The notes beneath the pieces are model-generated. The model was not told the origin of the DNA, searched no databases, and worked only from the letters and a program-made list of their open reading frames with translations. This document shows, in pieces, positions 1 through 9,661 of a stretch of 64,000 nt of DNA. Numbering within the stretch: position 1 is the stretch's first letter; each line of letters begins with the position of its first letter. The stretch is from NCBI GenBank assembly GCA_009993605.1, contig JAACTB010000007.1, positions 771,333 to 835,332 of the forward strand, in the 5' to 3' direction. Source of the stretch: Erythrobacter sp. (lineage in GTDB: Bacteria; Pseudomonadota; Alphaproteobacteria; Sphingomonadales; Sphingomonadaceae). The translations under genes and the position numbers were made by a program.

Positions 1-9
1 TTCGCCGCG

Positions 10-372
10 TTACGAATCGACAGCCTTGAACAGACGGCGCTCCATGGGCGCCAGCACGCCCGCCAGTTCGTGGCCGCGCTTCAGCACCTGGCCGTGTTCG
101 CCGAACAGCGTCCACATGCCTTGCCGCTGGCGGAGCGACGGGCGCTTCTCAACGCGCGCTTGCGGCCGTTCGGCGGCGCGGCGGAAGGCGGCGAAGCTGG
201 CGAAATCACGCGTGAAATCCATCGCATAGTCGCGCCATTCGCCTGCCGCGACCATCCGTCCGTAGAGGTCGAGAATGCGGGTGAGCTCTTCGCGCGTGAA
301 GCCGACCTGATCGGCGTTGCGCGCCGGAAAGGGCAGCACCGACCCGCCGGAATGACCGCCCGGCTGCATCAT
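10..372 (-). CDS. DUF2794-like conserved protein (120 aa)
   Basis: Motif F.R.EL.RIL.LYGRMVAAGEWRDYA recognised as this alphaproteobacterial family; ATGA overlap with the cysE stop. Confidence 0.75.
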   Translation of the reverse strand: MMQPGGHSGGSVLPFPARNADQVGFTREELTRILDLYGRMVAAGEWRDYAMDFTRDFASFAAFRRAAERPQARVEKRPSLRQRQGMWTLFGEHGQVLKRGHELAGVLAPMERRLFKAVDS

Positions 373-1079
373 GTGTTCGACCCGCTACGCTGCGCATCCG
401 CGATATCGGCCGTATCGCTGGCCGCTGATCGTCGAAGCGCCTCCAGTTCGGCGCGCATCTCGGTCAATTGCTGCTCCATCGCCTCGCACCGGCGCATGTC
501 GGGTTCGCTCTGTTCGTTGCAAGGCGTTCCGTAGGGCATGAATTCGCGCATATAGGTTTCGACCGGCACCAGCGTGCTGCGCGCCTTGAAGCCGATCATC
601 GTCGCGCCTTCGGGCACGTCGTCGGTCACGACCGCATTGGCCCCGATCCGCGCCCGCTCGCCCACCACGATCGGCCCGATCACCTGCGCTCCCGACCCGA
701 TGATGACATTGTCCATGATGGTCGGATGCCGCTTGCCCCCGATCCCGTTGGTCGGATTGGTGCCGCCCAGCGTCACGTTCTGGTAAATCGTCACGTCATT
801 GCCGATCACCGCCGTCTCCCCGATCACGGTAAAGCCATGATCGATGAAGAAATTGCGCCCGATCTTCGCGCCCGGATGAATGTCTATCGCGGTCAAAAAC
901 CGGCTGAAATGGTTTACGAACCGGGCGAGGAAATGCAGCTCCGCCTCGAACAGCCAATGCGCGATGCGATGCCAGAACACCGCCCAGACGCCCGGATAGG
1001 TGAGGATCTCCCAACGGCTGCGCGGCGCGGGATCGCGCGCGCGGATTGAATCGAGATAGGCTGTCAGCCGGTCGAACAT
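369..1079 (-). CDS. cysE: Serine O-acetyltransferase (CysE/EpsC type)
   Basis: ARDPAPRS...YPGVWA, IDIHPGAKIG, FIDHG, hexapeptide repeats, KRHPT; start moved from the track's 1193 to ATG 1079 (MFDRL). Confidence 0.9.
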   Translation of the reverse strand: MFDRLTAYLDSIRARDPAPRSRWEILTYPGVWAVFWHRIAHWLFEAELHFLARFVNHFSRFLTAIDIHPGAKIGRNFFIDHGFTVIGETAVIGNDVTIYQNVTLGGTNPTNGIGGKRHPTIMDNVIIGSGAQVIGPIVVGERARIGANAVVTDDVPEGATMIGFKARSTLVPVETYMREFMPYGTPCNEQSEPDMRRCEAMEQQLTEMRAELEALRRSAASDTADIADAQRSGSNT

Positions 1080-1107
1080 GGCGCAGGATTCTCCCACCAA
1101 TCTCGGA

Positions 1108-1719
1108 TCAAAGCAAGCGGCCCTGCTCGGGGCCTTCCACCGCGTCGAGCGCGTCGCGCCAGACCGACATGGTGGCGGGCAGTTTGCGTTCAAGAGAAAG
1201 GCGATCGATTTCGGCGACGACGCGCTCGATCGCGGCGTAGCTGCGCGTCAGTCGCGGAACGAGATAATCCGCCGCGGACGGGGGCAGTTGCAGGCCGCGC
1301 TGTTCGGCGTGGGCCAGGATCAGCTCGCCCGCCATCGCATCGTCGGGCGCGCCGATCGCGAGCTGGAGCGACCCGCCGAGGCGGGAGCGCAGGTCGGCCA
1401 GATCGATCCGCCAGCCATCGGCATCGCTGACCAGCAGCAGCGGCCTCCCATCTTCCTGTGCCCGGTTCCAGCGATGGAACAAGGCGGTCTCGTCCCATCC
1501 ATCCGCCCCGTCGATCGCTTCGCCGTGGCCTGACGAAGCGAACCAGCGCGCCAGCAGCGACTTTCCCGAGCGCGGCGGCCCCACCAGCACGGCGGTGCGG
1601 AACGGCCAGTCCGATGGATCGGCAAGAGCCGCAACGGCAGCGCGATTGCCCTCGCCCACCACGATCCGCACCGGCCTGTCCGATGCGGCGACGGATAGCG
1701 GAAGGGCGATCTGGGACAC
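1108..1719 (-). CDS. hda: Hda/DnaA regulatory inactivator family (short AAA+)
   Basis: N-terminal QIALPL clamp-binding-like motif, [14 protein letters not shown] Walker A, DLRSRL; GTG start; lies near purM as in other proteobacteria. Confidence 0.8.
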   Translation of the reverse strand: MSQIALPLSVAASDRPVRIVVGEGNRAAVAALADPSDWPFRTAVLVGPPRSGKSLLARWFASSGHGEAIDGADGWDETALFHRWNRAQEDGRPLLLVSDADGWRIDLADLRSRLGGSLQLAIGAPDDAMAGELILAHAEQRGLQLPPSAADYLVPRLTRSYAAIERVVAEIDRLSLERKLPATMSVWRDALDAVEGPEQGRLL

Positions 1720-1744
1720 GGGGTACGCTGCTCGGAACCCGCGC

Positions 1745-3028
1745 CTAGCGGCTGACGGACAGCGCGTTGTTGGCCTGCCGGACCGTGAAGCCCTGACTGC
1801 GCAGGGCCGCGGCGAGCTGGTCGATCGAGCCTTCGAAGCCCACCGTCAGCACCGACGTGCCGCCGATCGCAGTGCTGCGGATACCCGCAGTGCGCACGCC
1901 CGCCGCGCCACGCACCTGCGTCAGCCCGGCATTGAAGGCGGCGGCATCCGGCGTCGCGATCTGGACGGTATAGAGCGCGACCGAGCCCGGCGGCGGCGGC
2001 GTTTCGACCGGCGCGGCCGTCACGTTCGATCCCGGCTCGGCCTCCTGATTTTGGCGCGCGGCCCTTTCGGAGGCGGCGGCGGCACGCTGGCGTTCCGCGT
2101 CGGCACGGCCGAGGTCGATGAGACGCTGGATCGCCGGATCGATCTGAAGATCGCCGAGGTCGAGCGTGGGATCGGGCGCCAATCTTCCGCTCGCCAGCGC
2201 CTGTTCGAAGATTTGGTCGAACCGCGCCACCGCCTTTTCGAGCATGGCAGGCAATTGTTCGGGGTTGGCGGCGGTCATGCGGAAGCCGGCAAGATATTCG
2301 TTATCCGGCCCGTGCCGCGCGGTGAACGTGCCTTCGACGGGCCCGCCGGGGTAGGTGTAGCGCAGGTCAGCGATGGGGACGAGCACGTCGGACGCGCTGA
2401 ACTGGTCGAGCACCGTGCGCCACCACGTCCGGCTGCGCCGCCCGGTCTGGCCGTACGTGATCAGCAGCGAATCGCCGCCCGCACCCGAGGGGCGGACGTA
2501 ATCGATCCGGCTGGAGCCCGACTGGTATTCGGCCCAGGCGCGCTGCCAGGGGTTGCGCATTTCGTAGACCAGCTCGGTCCCGGCCGAGAACGTCACCGGG
2601 ACCAGCAGCATCGGTGCCGAACGACGCGCCTGCTCGCTGCCGCCGAGATAGGCGTTGGCGCGTTGCCGATCGAAGATCACGCCGAGCCGCGCGATATAGC
2701 GGCGCGGGCCCAATTGTTCGCGCTCGATCACGATCGCGGAAACGATGCTCGAAATCTGCGAATCCGACAGCTCTGGGCCCTTCAGCCGTTCCCACGCCTT
2801 GCGCTGCGCCTGCTGCCAGCCATTTTCTCGCGCCTCGTCGCTGGTCTTGCCGGTCGCGTCGACCTCGACCCCCGTGACCGAAATGTCACTCGATGCGGCC
2901 ACCGGAGCGATTCCGCGATCGCCGCCGACCTGGGCGAAAACCGCCACCGCGAGCAGCGCAAGCGCCACGATCCCGGCGAAAACGGGGAGCGGGCGGCGCA
3001 GCCAAGGGAGGGTTCGGGTCAAATGCAT
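1745..3028 (-). CDS. Exported/membrane-anchored protein, DUF2066-like, with small C-terminal alpha/beta domain
   Basis: Real coding part of the 834-aa track ORF starts at MHLTRTLPW (ATG 3028); N-terminal hydrophobic segment; [10 protein letters not shown]...AR..G...AQRKAW; position between purM and hda. Confidence 0.6.
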   Translation of the reverse strand: MHLTRTLPWLRRPLPVFAGIVALALLAVAVFAQVGGDRGIAPVAASSDISVTGVEVDATGKTSDEARENGWQQAQRKAWERLKGPELSDSQISSIVSAIVIEREQLGPRRYIARLGVIFDRQRANAYLGGSEQARRSAPMLLVPVTFSAGTELVYEMRNPWQRAWAEYQSGSSRIDYVRPSGAGGDSLLITYGQTGRRSRTWWRTVLDQFSASDVLVPIADLRYTYPGGPVEGTFTARHGPDNEYLAGFRMTAANPEQLPAMLEKAVARFDQIFEQALASGRLAPDPTLDLGDLQIDPAIQRLIDLGRADAERQRAAAASERAARQNQEAEPGSNVTAAPVETPPPPGSVALYTVQIATPDAAAFNAGLTQVRGAAGVRTAGIRSTAIGGTSVLTVGFEGSIDQLAAALRSQGFTVRQANNALSVSR

Positions 3029-3097
3029 GGGGGAAACCGCGCGCCTTTTGCCCAATGGCTTATGGAAATCCAAGCGCGAATGCGTATGGCAGGCGTC

Positions 3098-4195
3098 ATG
3101 CAGGAAAAGAATTCGTCCTACACCTATTCCGACGCCGGGGTTTCCATCGCCGCGGGCAACGCACTGGTCAAGGCGATCGGGCCGCTGGTGAAGGCCACTG
3201 CCCGCCCCGGCGCCGATGGCGAGATCGGGGGCTTCGGCGGTTTCTTCGATCCCAAGGCGGCGGGCTATGCCGATCCGCTGCTCGTCGCGGCGAACGATGG
3301 CGTCGGCACCAAGCTGAAGCTGGCGATCGACTGTGACCGGCACGACAGCGTCGGGATCGATCTCGTCGCGATGTGCGTGAACGATCTGATCGTCCAGGGG
3401 GCGGAGCCGCTGTTCTTCCTCGATTATTTCGCCACCGGCAAGCTCGAGAACGGCATTGCCGAGCGCGTCATCGCGGGCATCGCCGAAGGCTGCAAGATGG
3501 CGGGCTGCGCGTTGATCGGGGGCGAGACGGCGGAAATGCCCGGCATGTATCAGGCGGGCGATTACGACCTTGCCGGTTTCTGCGTCGGCGCGGTGGAGCG
3601 CGGCGAGCAATTGACGGGCGAGCGGGTGGCACCGGGTCATGTCCTGCTCGGCCTCGCCAGTTCGGGAGTTCACTCCAACGGCTATTCGCTGGTTCGCCGG
3701 CTGGCGGCGGACAAGGGCTGGAAGCTGGACCGTCCCGCCCTGTTCGATAGCGACCAATTGCTGATCGATGCACTGGTCGAACCGACGCGCATCTACGTCC
3801 AGAGCCTGCTCCCGCTGGTGCGCGACGGGCTGGTCGATGCGATGGCCCACATCACCGGCGGCGGCCTGCTCGAGAACATCCCACGCGTGCTTCCCGAAGG
3901 CGCCCATGCTAGGATCGATGCCGGATTGTGGGACCAGCCGCGCCTGATGGCCTTTCTCCAGGCGCAGGGCGCGATCGAGCCCGAAGAGATGGCGCGCACT
4001 TTCAATTGCGGCGTCGGCATGGTGCTCGCGGTCGAACCCGCCAACGTGGAAATCGTCCGGTCCCGGCTGGAAGATGCAGGCGAAACCGTCCTTGCCGTGG
4101 GCGAGATCGTGGATGGCCAGCGCGGCTGCACCGTGCGCGGCGCGGCAGGCGTCTGGTCGGCGCGGGGCGATTGGGAAGCCGTGCACAATGCCTGA
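3098..4195 (+). CDS. purM: Phosphoribosylformylglycinamidine cyclo-ligase
   Basis: [61 protein letters not shown]; start ATG 3098 (3086 possible). Confidence 0.97.
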   Translation: MQEKNSSYTYSDAGVSIAAGNALVKAIGPLVKATARPGADGEIGGFGGFFDPKAAGYADPLLVAANDGVGTKLKLAIDCDRHDSVGIDLVAMCVNDLIVQGAEPLFFLDYFATGKLENGIAERVIAGIAEGCKMAGCALIGGETAEMPGMYQAGDYDLAGFCVGAVERGEQLTGERVAPGHVLLGLASSGVHSNGYSLVRRLAADKGWKLDRPALFDSDQLLIDALVEPTRIYVQSLLPLVRDGLVDAMAHITGGGLLENIPRVLPEGAHARIDAGLWDQPRLMAFLQAQGAIEPEEMARTFNCGVGMVLAVEPANVEIVRSRLEDAGETVLAVGEIVDGQRGCTVRGAAGVWSARGDWEAVHNA

Positions 4196-5165
4196 AACGG
4201 CCCCGCAAAGGGCTCGCATCGCGGTGTTCGTGTCGGGTCGCGGGAGCAATATGGCCGCGCTGCTTTATACCAGCCGTCTCGACGATGCGCCTTACGAAAT
4301 CGCGCTGGTCGCCAGCAACGATCCGGGCGCCGAGGCGCTCGCTCTTGCCGAAGCGGAGGGGATCGCGACCTTCGCCCTCTCGCACAAGGGCATGACGCGC
4401 GAGGCGCACGATGCGGCGATGGAGGATGCGGCGCGCAAGGTGGGCGCCGATCACATCGCGCTTGCCGGCTATATGCGCATCCTGACGCCGGATTTCGTCA
4501 AACGGTGGGAGGGGCGGATGCTCAACATCCATCCCTCGCTGCTGCCGAAATATACCGGGCTCGACACCCATGCCCGCGCCATCGCGGCGGGCGACACGCA
4601 TGGCGGCGTTTCGGTCCACCTCGTCACCGAGGATCTCGACGCGGGCGAGGTGCTGGGTCAGATCGCGGTCGCGATCCGGCCCAACGAGACGGCGGAAAGC
4701 CTTGCCGAACGCGTGCGCTTCGCCGAACACCAGCTCTATCCTCGCGTTCTCGCGCGGCATGTCGCGCGCCCCTACGATGCCGGGTGGCTGCTGGACCGGG
4801 TGCGGGACCTGGCCCTTGCCCTGCCCCAAACGCATGAGCGAGAGAGCCACGGTTCGCCGGGATGGCGCGTGGGGACCGAGAAAAGCGGCAAGTACTTCGC
4901 CTATTTTTCCGACCAGCATCACGGCACGCCGCATATCTCGCTGCTGGTGAAATGCGGCGGGATGGACGAGCTCGAGGCGCTGGTCGAGGATCAGCCCCAC
5001 GCCTATCACAAGCCCGCCTATTACGGCGCGAGCGGCTGGCTGGGCGTGATCCTCAACCGGCCCGGCGTCGATTGGGACGCGGTGGCCGAGCGGCTGCACC
5101 GCAGCTGGCAGGCGGTCGCGCCGAAAAGCGCAATGCGGTCGATGGACGCGGCGGACCAGTTCTGA
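4188..5165 (+). CDS. purN: Phosphoribosylglycinamide formyltransferase fused to a C-terminal MmcQ/YjbR-like domain (325 aa)
   Basis: [33 protein letters not shown]; the frame continues about 125 aa past the normal PurN end. Confidence 0.92.
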   Translation: MPETAPQRARIAVFVSGRGSNMAALLYTSRLDDAPYEIALVASNDPGAEALALAEAEGIATFALSHKGMTREAHDAAMEDAARKVGADHIALAGYMRILTPDFVKRWEGRMLNIHPSLLPKYTGLDTHARAIAAGDTHGGVSVHLVTEDLDAGEVLGQIAVAIRPNETAESLAERVRFAEHQLYPRVLARHVARPYDAGWLLDRVRDLALALPQTHERESHGSPGWRVGTEKSGKYFAYFSDQHHGTPHISLLVKCGGMDELEALVEDQPHAYHKPAYYGASGWLGVILNRPGVDWDAVAERLHRSWQAVAPKSAMRSMDAADQF

Positions 5166-6364
5166 TGCCACCTCGCCCGCACCCTCTTGCCGTGTCGCGC
5201 ACGGCGGACCTGATGAACCGCGCGATCACGACCATGTGGCGGCGCGGGCTGACGGTGCAGCCGCCGCTCGATCCCGATTTTCTTTGGGCGAAGGGTAGCG
5301 AGGGTTTCACGCGCGAGGACGAGATTTCGATCCGCGCGCCGGAGGACGTCGCCGATTTCCGTGCGCGGCTGGAGATCCTGTGCCGCTCGCTGCGGAACGA
5401 GGCGGGGCTCAACGCGCTCGGTCATACGATGGCCTATGGCCAGATCATCGCCGCGATCGAGAAGCGCCATGCGCTGGGCCGGTTATGGCGCGAGCGGCCC
5501 GAACTCGCGCAGACCGATATCGCCCCGCCGATCGCGGTGGTCGGGCAGATGCGCGCGGGCACCACGCGGGTCCACCGCCTGCTCGCCGCCGATCCGCGCC
5601 ATGCGGGGACACGATTCTGCAATGCGGTCGACCCGGTCCCTCCCGCGCCTGGCCGGATCGACTGGCGCCCGCTCAAGACGCGCGCGGGCCTCGCCATCGC
5701 GCGGCTGGTCAATCCCTGGCTCGACAGCCAGCACCCCTTCGGCGCGACGCGGGCGGACGAGGAACTGGGCTGGCTGACGACCGCGCTCGACGTCTGCGCG
5801 TTCGAGGCGCAGTGGCATATCCCGAGCTATGTCCGCTTCAGCGAGGAGCGCGATGCCGCCCCGCTCTATCGCGAATTTGCGCGCATCCTGCGCACCGATG
5901 CCGCCATCATGGGCGATGCAATGCGTCCGCGGGTGCTCAAATGCCCTAAATTCGCTGAGGACGTGCCTGCCCTGCTCGCCGAGCTGCCCGGTACCCGGCT
6001 GATCGTGACGCGGCGCGAACCGGAAGATGTGCTGGCAAGTTCGGTCTCGCTCGTGGCGGCGCAATCCGCCTTTCAGAGCGCGAATCTCTGTCTCGAAAGG
6101 ATGCGCGTGGAATGGGAGCGCAAGCTGGCCCTGCGCGAGGCGCGGATGGCAGCGGCGCTGGAAACGTTCGACGGGCCGCTCGCCAAGGTCGATTTCGTCG
6201 CGCTGGGACGCGACTGGCAGGAAGAGATCGCGCAGATCTATGCCGCGCTGGGCCTGACGCTCACCGATGCGGCGTTACAGGCGATGGGCGCCGAACAGGC
6301 CCGCGCCGCGAACGGCGCGCATCACGCGCACCGTTCGCAGATCGCGGGCTTTTCGGCGTCCTGA
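5165..6364 (+). CDS. Sulfotransferase family protein
   Basis: 5'-PSB-like VVGQMRAGTT, VLKCP, 3'-PB-like IVTRREP..VLAS; TGATG coupling to purN. Confidence 0.75.
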   Translation: MPPRPHPLAVSRTADLMNRAITTMWRRGLTVQPPLDPDFLWAKGSEGFTREDEISIRAPEDVADFRARLEILCRSLRNEAGLNALGHTMAYGQIIAAIEKRHALGRLWRERPELAQTDIAPPIAVVGQMRAGTTRVHRLLAADPRHAGTRFCNAVDPVPPAPGRIDWRPLKTRAGLAIARLVNPWLDSQHPFGATRADEELGWLTTALDVCAFEAQWHIPSYVRFSEERDAAPLYREFARILRTDAAIMGDAMRPRVLKCPKFAEDVPALLAELPGTRLIVTRREPEDVLASSVSLVAAQSAFQSANLCLERMRVEWERKLALREARMAAALETFDGPLAKVDFVALGRDWQEEIAQIYAALGLTLTDAALQAMGAEQARAANGAHHAHRSQIAGFSAS

Positions 6365-6365
6365 C

Positions 6366-6788
6366 TTACCCGACGATTTCGTCTTCGTTGAAGAAGAAGG
6401 CGATTTCGGTCTTCGCGTTCTCGTCCGAGTCCGAACCGTGGACCGAATTGGCTTCGATGCTTTCGGCATAGGCCTTGCGGATCGTGCCGTCTTCGGCATC
6501 GGCCGGGTTGGTGGCGCCCATCACGTCGCGGTTGCGCTTCACGGCGTCTTCGCCTTCCAGCACCTGGACCACGACCGGGCCGCTGATCATGAAGTCGACC
6601 AGTTCGCCGTAGAACGGACGTTCGGCATGCACTTCGTAGAACTTCTTCGCCTGGTCTTCGCTCATCTGGATGCGCTTGGACGCGACGACGCGCAGGCCGG
6701 CTTCTTCCAGCATCTTGGTGACCGCGCCGGTCAGGTTGCGGCGGGTGGCATCGGGCTTGATGATCGAAAAGGTGCGGGTGACCGCCAT
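6366..6788 (-). CDS. ndk: Nucleoside diphosphate kinase
   Basis: [36 protein letters not shown]. Confidence 0.98.
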   Translation of the reverse strand: MAVTRTFSIIKPDATRRNLTGAVTKMLEEAGLRVVASKRIQMSEDQAKKFYEVHAERPFYGELVDFMISGPVVVQVLEGEDAVKRNRDVMGATNPADAEDGTIRKAYAESIEANSVHGSDSDENAKTEIAFFFNEDEIVG

Positions 6789-6871
6789 GGGGAATTCCTT
6801 GGATATAGGGGATGGAATGAAGGGGGTGGAATGCGCGCGCCCGTAGCCGCGCGGGGGGACAACGGCAAGCG

Positions 6872-7405
6872 TCAGTTGCGCGGCCGCCCTCCGGTGAGCT
6901 GATCCACGCTGAGTTGGCCTACGGTCAGCTGGCCGACCGTCTCGTTATCCTCGCGCGCGGCCTGGAAAGTGAAATGCGTCCCATCCTCGCCCCTTCCGCC
7001 GATCATCGAGAGCGTATCGGTGGCAAGCTCGACATCGACTGCGACGCCCGCCGCCTCCGCCTCGGCGCGATAAAAGGCGATCATGTCCGCCGGTGGCGCA
7101 TCGCTGGCGAGCGTCATTGTAACCGATCGCCGCTCGCCGCGCCCGACTATGACGGTGGAGCGGAGATCGGCGTCGGGATAGAGAGTGAAGCCGGTCGGAA
7201 GCTCGGCTTCCGCACCTTCCTCGCCGTCCGCCGTGCGCAGGATCGTCGTGCCGTCCTCGTTCGTGATCGAAGCGCGCGTCGCCCCGGTCTCGGGATCGAC
7301 GACGTAATGGCCCTTGGGCTGCGTGTCCTCGCGCGGCGGCTCATCCTCGGACGCACCGCAGGCGGCGAGCAGGGACAGGGCAGCGATGGAACCGGCGATA
7401 CGCAA
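6872..7405 (-). CDS. Hypothetical lipoprotein
   Basis: TTG start with GGAGG RBS at 7411-7418; lipobox LLAAC; acidic body. Confidence 0.65.
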   Translation of the reverse strand: MRIAGSIAALSLLAACGASEDEPPREDTQPKGHYVVDPETGATRASITNEDGTTILRTADGEEGAEAELPTGFTLYPDADLRSTVIVGRGERRSVTMTLASDAPPADMIAFYRAEAEAAGVAVDVELATDTLSMIGGRGEDGTHFTFQAAREDNETVGQLTVGQLSVDQLTGGRPRN

Positions 7406-7437
7406 GAAAAGCCTCCTCCCCCACCAACAGGTGGGCG

Positions 7438-7887
7438 TCACAGAGGGTTCCAGCCGCCTTCCTCGTTCTGGCGGAAGGCACCGAATTCCACCGCGTCTTC
7501 GGTTGCGGCGCGCGCCTTCAGATCGCGCCAGAGCGCGCGGGCCGCATCGGTCTGGTCGGGGCCGAACAATAGAAATGTGCGGGCGAACCCGTTCGCCTCC
7601 TCGCGCCAGACGCCGTCCGCGAGCAGGAGGAAGCGCGCTTCGTTGGGCGCAACGCAGGCGTCGGACAGCAGGATCGGCTGGCGCGCGGCGTGGGGCTCTG
7701 TCGCTTCGCCATTGGCGAGGAAATGGGCCGGGCCGTCCTTCCACAGCGCCTCGGCTATCGCACCGCGCTGCTCGTTGGCCGCGCTCACGACCAGCATCCG
7801 CTCGCCCGCCTGCAGGGTCTTCCTCGCCAGCAGGGGAACGACCTGCTCGACCGGGTCGCGCGTCAGCTGGTAGAAATCGACCCGCAT
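7438..7887 (-). CDS. holC: DNA polymerase III chi subunit
   Basis: MRVDFYQL, LW....FLANG, QPILLS, AR..WR; downstream of pepA as is typical. Confidence 0.85.
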   Translation of the reverse strand: MRVDFYQLTRDPVEQVVPLLARKTLQAGERMLVVSAANEQRGAIAEALWKDGPAHFLANGEATEPHAARQPILLSDACVAPNEARFLLLADGVWREEANGFARTFLLFGPDQTDAARALWRDLKARAATEDAVEFGAFRQNEEGGWNPL

Positions 7888-7891
7888 CGGT

Positions 7892-8044
7892 TCAGGCGTT
7901 CCCGCTTGCGGATTTCGCCGAGCGGCGGCAGCGGTCGGAACAGTATTTCACGTTGTCCCAGTCTCGCTCCCACTTCTTCCGCCAAGCGAAATCGAGCCCG
8001 CAGGCGGCGCAGGTCTTGTGCGGCAGGTCGCCCTTGCGCCGCAT
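7892..8044 (-). CDS. DUF2256-like small zinc-ribbon protein
   Basis: [34 protein letters not shown]; start exact position uncertain (8044 or 8077). Confidence 0.8.
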   Translation of the reverse strand: MRRKGDLPHKTCAACGLDFAWRKKWERDWDNVKYCSDRCRRSAKSASGNA

Positions 8045-8092
8045 CTTGCCCGTCCCCTTGCTCGGGCCGCCGCCCACGACGCGCTAACCCGC

Positions 8093-9547
8093 TCAGCTTT
8101 CGATCGTGTCGGCGACCAGCCGGTCGATCAGGCGCACGCCGAAGCCGGTCGCGCCCTTGCCCCAGGTGGCGCCGGGCTTCTCGCTCCAGACGGTGCCCGC
8201 GATGTCGCAGTGCGCCCAGGGAGTGCCGTCCTCGATGAAGCGGTGGAGGAACTGCGCCGCCGTGATCGATCCTGCGCCCTTGCCACCGATATTCTTCATG
8301 TCGGCGATCGGGCTGTCGATCAGCTTGTCGTAGGCCGGGCCGATGGGGAGGCGCCACACCTTGTCGCCGCTGGCATTGCCCGCATCGGCGAGGTCCTTGG
8401 CCAGAGCATCGTCATTCGAGAACAGGCCCGCGTGCTCGTTGCCAAGCGAGACGATGATCGCGCCCGTCAGCGTCGCGAAATCGACGATCCGCGCGGGCTT
8501 GAATTCCTTCTGCGTCCAGTGGAGCGCGTCGCACAGCACCAGGCGGCCTTCGGCGTCGGTGTTCAGCACCTCGATCGTCTGGCCGGACATGGAGGTGACC
8601 ACGTCGCCGGGGCGCTGGGCGTTCCCGTCGGGCATGTTCTCGACCAAGCCGACCACGCCGACCACATTGGCCTTGGCCTTGCGGCGGACCAGCGCCAGCA
8701 TCGCGCCCGCGACCGCGCCCGCGCCGCCCATGTCCCACTTCATGTCTTCCATGCCGGGTCCGGGCTTGATCGAGATGCCGCCGGTGTCGAAGGTCACGCC
8801 CTTGCCGACGAAGGCGATCGGCGCGTCACCATCCGTGCCGCCGTTCCAGCGGATGGCGAGGATGCGCGAATCGCGAGCCGAGCCCTGTCCGACGCCGAGC
8901 AACGCGCCCATGCCGAGTTCTTCCATCTTCGCTTCGTCGAGCACGATCAATTCCGCCCCGCTGCCTTCGAAGCGCTGCTGGCAGCGTTCCACGAACGTTT
9001 CGGGATAGATGACATTGGCCGGCTCGGTGACCAGTTCGCGGGTGAATTCGATACCGTCGGCGAGATGCGCGGCTTCGCCCCAGGCGTCTTCCGCACCCTC
9101 GGTCGCGTTCAGGACGACAACGCGCTTCAGCGTCACCTTGTGCTCGTCCTTCATCTTGGTGCGATAGATATCGTAGCGCCAATTGCGCAGCCGCAGGCCG
9201 AGCAGGACATGGGCGAGATCCTCGGCGGCGAGCCCGGTCGCATCGAGCGCGATCGTCTCCTCGCCTGCCGACTGGTATTTGCCGGAAATCGCGGCACCCG
9301 CCTTCTCGCAATTCGCGGCCCGCCCCTCGGCATCGGCAGCGCCTGTGCCGACCAGGACGAGGCGCTGGACCGCGCCGTCGCGCTCCACGAAGCCGTCGAA
9401 CAGCTGGCCCGCCGAGCCCTTGAAGCGAGCGGCCCTCGCGCCTTCTTCCATGGCGCGCTCCAACCCTTCGGGCAGCGCGCCTTTGGTGGTGGCCTGGACA
9501 AGGATGCGAACCGCTTCGGGGCGCGATTGGCTGAATTCGATCTGCAT
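8093..9547 (-). CDS. pepA: Leucyl aminopeptidase (M17)
   Basis: VGKGVTFDTGGISIK, MKWDMGGA, NTDAEGRLVL, ATLTGA. Confidence 0.95.
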   Translation of the reverse strand: MQIEFSQSRPEAVRILVQATTKGALPEGLERAMEEGARAARFKGSAGQLFDGFVERDGAVQRLVLVGTGAADAEGRAANCEKAGAAISGKYQSAGEETIALDATGLAAEDLAHVLLGLRLRNWRYDIYRTKMKDEHKVTLKRVVVLNATEGAEDAWGEAAHLADGIEFTRELVTEPANVIYPETFVERCQQRFEGSGAELIVLDEAKMEELGMGALLGVGQGSARDSRILAIRWNGGTDGDAPIAFVGKGVTFDTGGISIKPGPGMEDMKWDMGGAGAVAGAMLALVRRKAKANVVGVVGLVENMPDGNAQRPGDVVTSMSGQTIEVLNTDAEGRLVLCDALHWTQKEFKPARIVDFATLTGAIIVSLGNEHAGLFSNDDALAKDLADAGNASGDKVWRLPIGPAYDKLIDSPIADMKNIGGKGAGSITAAQFLHRFIEDGTPWAHCDIAGTVWSEKPGATWGKGATGFGVRLIDRLVADTIES

Positions 9548-9661
9548 GGAGAGCTCCCGCAAGTAATAGGTGTGGCGCGGTCGCGACGCGATTTGAGGCA
9601 ATGCGCGCGACCGCTCGTGAACGCGATTGCAGTTAGGGAGCGGCGATGCGATAGGCAAGCC

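Noticed and set aside
1595-4249. 866-aa plus and 834-aa minus ORFs suggesting giant overlapping genes
   Set aside because: Each is one real gene (purM or the DUF2066-like gene) extended by stop-free antisense of the other
8018-9661. 5' half of the 1341-aa track ORF upstream of lptD
   Set aside because: Antisense shadow of pepA in high-GC DNA; LptD-like sequence begins only at about 9662
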